DNA of 64,000 nucleotides from an uncultured Clostridia bacterium (GTDB lineage Bacteria; Bacillota; Clostridia; TANB77; CAG-508): NCBI GenBank assembly GCA_948934525.1, contig CAQZSK010000001.1, positions 222,574 to 286,573 of the forward strand, read 5' to 3'. Shown piece by piece: positions 61,952 to 64,000 of this stretch (position 1 is its first letter; each line of letters starts with the position of its first letter). The notes under the pieces were generated by a model. It saw only the letters and a program-made list of their open reading frames with translations, ran no database searches and was not told where the DNA came from. The position numbers and the translations under genes were made by a program.

Positions 61952-64000
61952 TTATCTACCTGTTTTTGGTAGCTTTGGTTCTGTTGGCTTTTTAGGAGTG
62001 TGAACAATTGTAGTCCACTTACTCTTTGCCTCTGCTGTTGTATCATGGTAAATGCCAACCGTTTTTGTATGGTTAGTAAATGTTTGACCATCTTCTAAGG
62101 TATCTAGTGATTGACATTGCATTGTTGGAGAAGTGTTTTCTCTAAAGCCTTTTTCTACCTTTCCAAAGTCAAACATTGTTTCAGTAATATATTCATCTTT
62201 TGCAAGTTTTAATGTTGTAAAGTCTAATTGTTGGTTTTCTTGTGTGCTTATCTTTTCTTTAAATAGTATGTAACCCTCTGACTTATTCGTTTTGTAATAT
62301 ACATTGTAAACTAAATCTTGATTCCAAGTTCCTGTTGTCATATTTTCTAATCTAATATAATCTGTTGGAATATAGTCATACCATTTGAAATTTTCTAAGT
62401 AAACATTAGAGTTGTTAGCAACATTTGAAAATACATAATTGACTTTTTCTCCTGGTTTGGCTTCTGTTGTTCCTTCCTTGTCTACATCTACAGTTATGTC
62501 TGTTGGCTCGTTTTCTATTATAATGGGTACTATTTCCCCATTATTTACAATTTCAAATTCAAAGGTTTCTTCATTTAATAGATAGTAAACTGATCCTGTG
62601 TCAAGTTCTTTCAAATAATATTTACCATATTCCAACTCACAACTTGCTTTTCCATTCTCGTCAGTAATAATTTCTTCGATTAGTTCGTTTTTATCATTGT
62701 ATATTCCAAATTTTGCACCCTCTAGTGTTTTAAAATTATCTTTTTTATCTACTTTAGTTATTTCTAAATACCCTTTAATTTTTTTGTTTTCAAAACAAAT
62801 AGTCGTAATTTCATTTTCTTTTAATTCTACTGTTTTAGTTTCTTCTGATAAAACATATTCCTTTAAAGTCTCCTTTTCTCGCAAGATATAATATGAATTA
62901 TCAGTTGCTGGAAGTCCTTTTGTGATAGCTTCTCCGTTTTTGTCTGTTGTGATAACATCTACTACATTATTTGCATTGTCTAATATTTCAAAAGTAACAC
63001 CTTCTAGTAGTACATTATTGTTATCTGCATCTACTTTAATAACTTTTATTTTACCTTTCCTTAATTCATTTTGGAAGGTAATATCTTTAATTTGATTAGG
63101 TTCTACTGTTATTGTTTGTGGTTCTTCTGTTAGCACGTAGTCCTTTAATGTTTCTTTCTCAACCACTTTGTAATCTTGTCCACTTAATAGCATTTTACTT
63201 ACTGCCTCACCATTTTCGTCGGTTGTAATAGTATCTACTACGTTATTTTCACTATCAATAATATCAAAAATTACTCCAGGCAGTCTAATCTCGTTATTAT
63301 CCATGTCTACTTTAATAACTCTGATTTGACCTTTTTTCTTTTCATTTTCAAAAGTAACATTTGTTATTTCGTTTTCTTTCAATTCTATTGTCTTTACTTC
63401 AGTTGATAATTCGTATGTATCTAGTGTTTTAACTTCACGAAGTTTTAATTTTGAAAAATCTCTTATAGCGTATCTATTTGTTAATACTTCGCCGTTACTG
63501 TCTGTAACTAATTTCTCTAGTACATTATCATTTTCGTCTAAAACTTCAAATTCTACACCAGATAATTTTATCTCATTATTATCCGCATCTACTTTAATTA
63601 CCCTTATTTGACCTTTTCGCAATTCATTCTCCACTGTGATTTCAGTTGTATCATTTCCTGCAATAGTTATCTCTAAATCTTGTGCTAAATTATACCACTT
63701 TCCCGTATTTCGTTCAATTAATCTATAATTTCCAACTCGCAAATTTTCAATGAAAATTTCTCCGTTTACATCCGTAGTGTACGTTCCAATTATTCTGTCA
63801 AACTCATTACTAAATAAATCAAAAGTAACATTTCCAAGTAGTATTTTGTGGTTATCTTTATCTACCTTATATACTTTTAAATTTCCTTTTTTGCGTTCGT
63901 TTGTTATTTCTTTTGTAGTCGTTTTATCATATTCAACAGTAATATCAAATGGTGTTTCATCTAAAATATAGTTGCTATTTGTTCCTATCTCTTTCAGTAT
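61952..64000 (-). CDS. LPXTG-motif surface adhesin with tandem Cna-B/SpaA-type repeats (5' end outside the window)
   Basis: The reading frame stays open upstream of the TTG at 63742 as far as the window edge. It holds repeated ~93-aa units (KGQIRVIKVD..NN..L.GV.FE..D..NNV....TD.NGE). The C-terminus is KLPKTGR followed directly by the stop. Confidence 0.8.
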   Translation of the reverse strand: MLKEIGTNSNYILDETPFDITVEYDKTTTKEITNERKKGNLKVYKVDKDNHKILLGNVTFDLFSNEFDRIIGTYTTDVNGEIFIENLRVGNYRLIERNTGKWYNLAQDLEITIAGNDTTEITVENELRKGQIRVIKVDADNNEIKLSGVEFEVLDENDNVLEKLVTDSNGEVLTNRYAIRDFSKLKLREVKTLDTYELSTEVKTIELKENEITNVTFENEKKKGQIRVIKVDMDNNEIRLPGVIFDIIDSENNVVDTITTDENGEAVSKMLLSGQDYKVVEKETLKDYVLTEEPQTITVEPNQIKDITFQNELRKGKIKVIKVDADNNNVLLEGVTFEILDNANNVVDVITTDKNGEAITKGLPATDNSYYILREKETLKEYVLSEETKTVELKENEITTICFENKKIKGYLEITKVDKKDNFKTLEGAKFGIYNDKNELIEEIITDENGKASCELEYGKYYLKELDTGSVYYLLNEETFEFEIVNNGEIVPIIIENEPTDITVDVDKEGTTEAKPGEKVNYVFSNVANNSNVYLENFKWYDYIPTDYIRLENMTTGTWNQDLVYNVYYKTNKSEGYILFKEKISTQENQQLDFTTLKLAKDEYITETMFDFGKVEKGFRENTSPTMQCQSLDTLEDGQTFTNHTKTVGIYHDTTAEAKSKWTTIVHTPKKPTEPKLPKTGR
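62485..64000 (-). repeat. in-frame tandem domain repeats (~280 nt units) within the adhesin gene
   Basis: At least five successive copies of the K-G-x-I-x-V-I-K-V-D ... TD-x-NGE unit. Confidence 0.7.

Larger units (their letters stand above)
29330..64000. mobile_element. decaying ICE / integrated conjugative plasmid (right end beyond the window)
   Basis: A Tn916-like int-xis-sigma-XRE module lies next to the tRNA. Also present: leading-region-type genes (ssb, ArdC-like, PcfJ/K-like, RadC), a frameshifted VirD4/TraG coupling protein, a replication-relaxation gene and an LPXTG adhesin. No attR was found in the window. Confidence 0.6.

Noticed and set aside
61890-61960. Hydrophobic tail for the LPKTG signal in another reading frame (IKLIISFPINLSFKKIYL)
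   Set aside because: It would need an indel, it is short and only weakly hydrophobic (it contains K and N), and it overlaps the SD region of the spoVG-like gene. It is not convincing as a displaced sorting-signal tail.

Overview
AT-rich (hand counts about 23-27% GC) Firmicutes/Clostridia-like chromosome. Core genes: LCP ligase, CvpA, a GldA/F/G-like ABC system, GDT1, YhbY, CPBP protease, MurT/GatD, M18 and M14 peptidases. Two related integrative elements interrupt the core, both at tRNA-Arg genes. (1) A ~9.2-kb integrative mobilizable element (12246-21459) sits at tRNA-Arg(TCT), bounded by a 46-bp direct repeat of the tRNA 3' end. It carries a split tyrosine integrase, an Xis-like HTH, an ImmA-like HExxH protein and a replication-relaxation protein. 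Its cargo operon is an orphan Hanks-type Ser/Thr kinase coupled to an unrecognisable 395-aa protein, next to a wHTH/PD-(D/E)xK-like gene. This cargo is my best candidate for an undescribed (defence-like) system. (2) A >34-kb decaying ICE or integrated conjugative plasmid starts beside tRNA-Arg(ACG) at ~29.3 kb and runs off the window. It has a Tn916-like int/xis/sigma/XRE module and a hairpin-rich candidate oriT/ssDNA promoter. A 13-kb leading-region-like operon follows: DUF4313-like x2, Rad50-like ATPase, truncated HsdM-like protein, RadC, DUF3846, S6-like protein plus SSB, PAPS-reductase-like, PcfK/PcfJ-like, ArdC-like, primase-like. Further along are regulators of the sporulation/transition-state type (Spo0E-like, AbrB, SpoVG), duplicated RHH-regulator modules, an ECF sigma/anti-sigma pair, a frameshifted VirD4/TraG coupling protein and an LPXTG Cna-B-repeat adhesin. 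Three short patches of strongly atypical GC (3582-3752, 26947-27975, 54886-55452) look like recent foreign acquisitions. One of them is a promoterless secreted-protein cassette bracketed by perfect 15-bp inverted repeats, with a consensus promoter just outside. A PvuRts1I-like type IV restriction enzyme is a single-gene defence locus in the core. No CRISPR array, rRNA, reverse transcriptase or phage structural genes were seen. All functional calls come from motif recognition by eye and need database confirmation.
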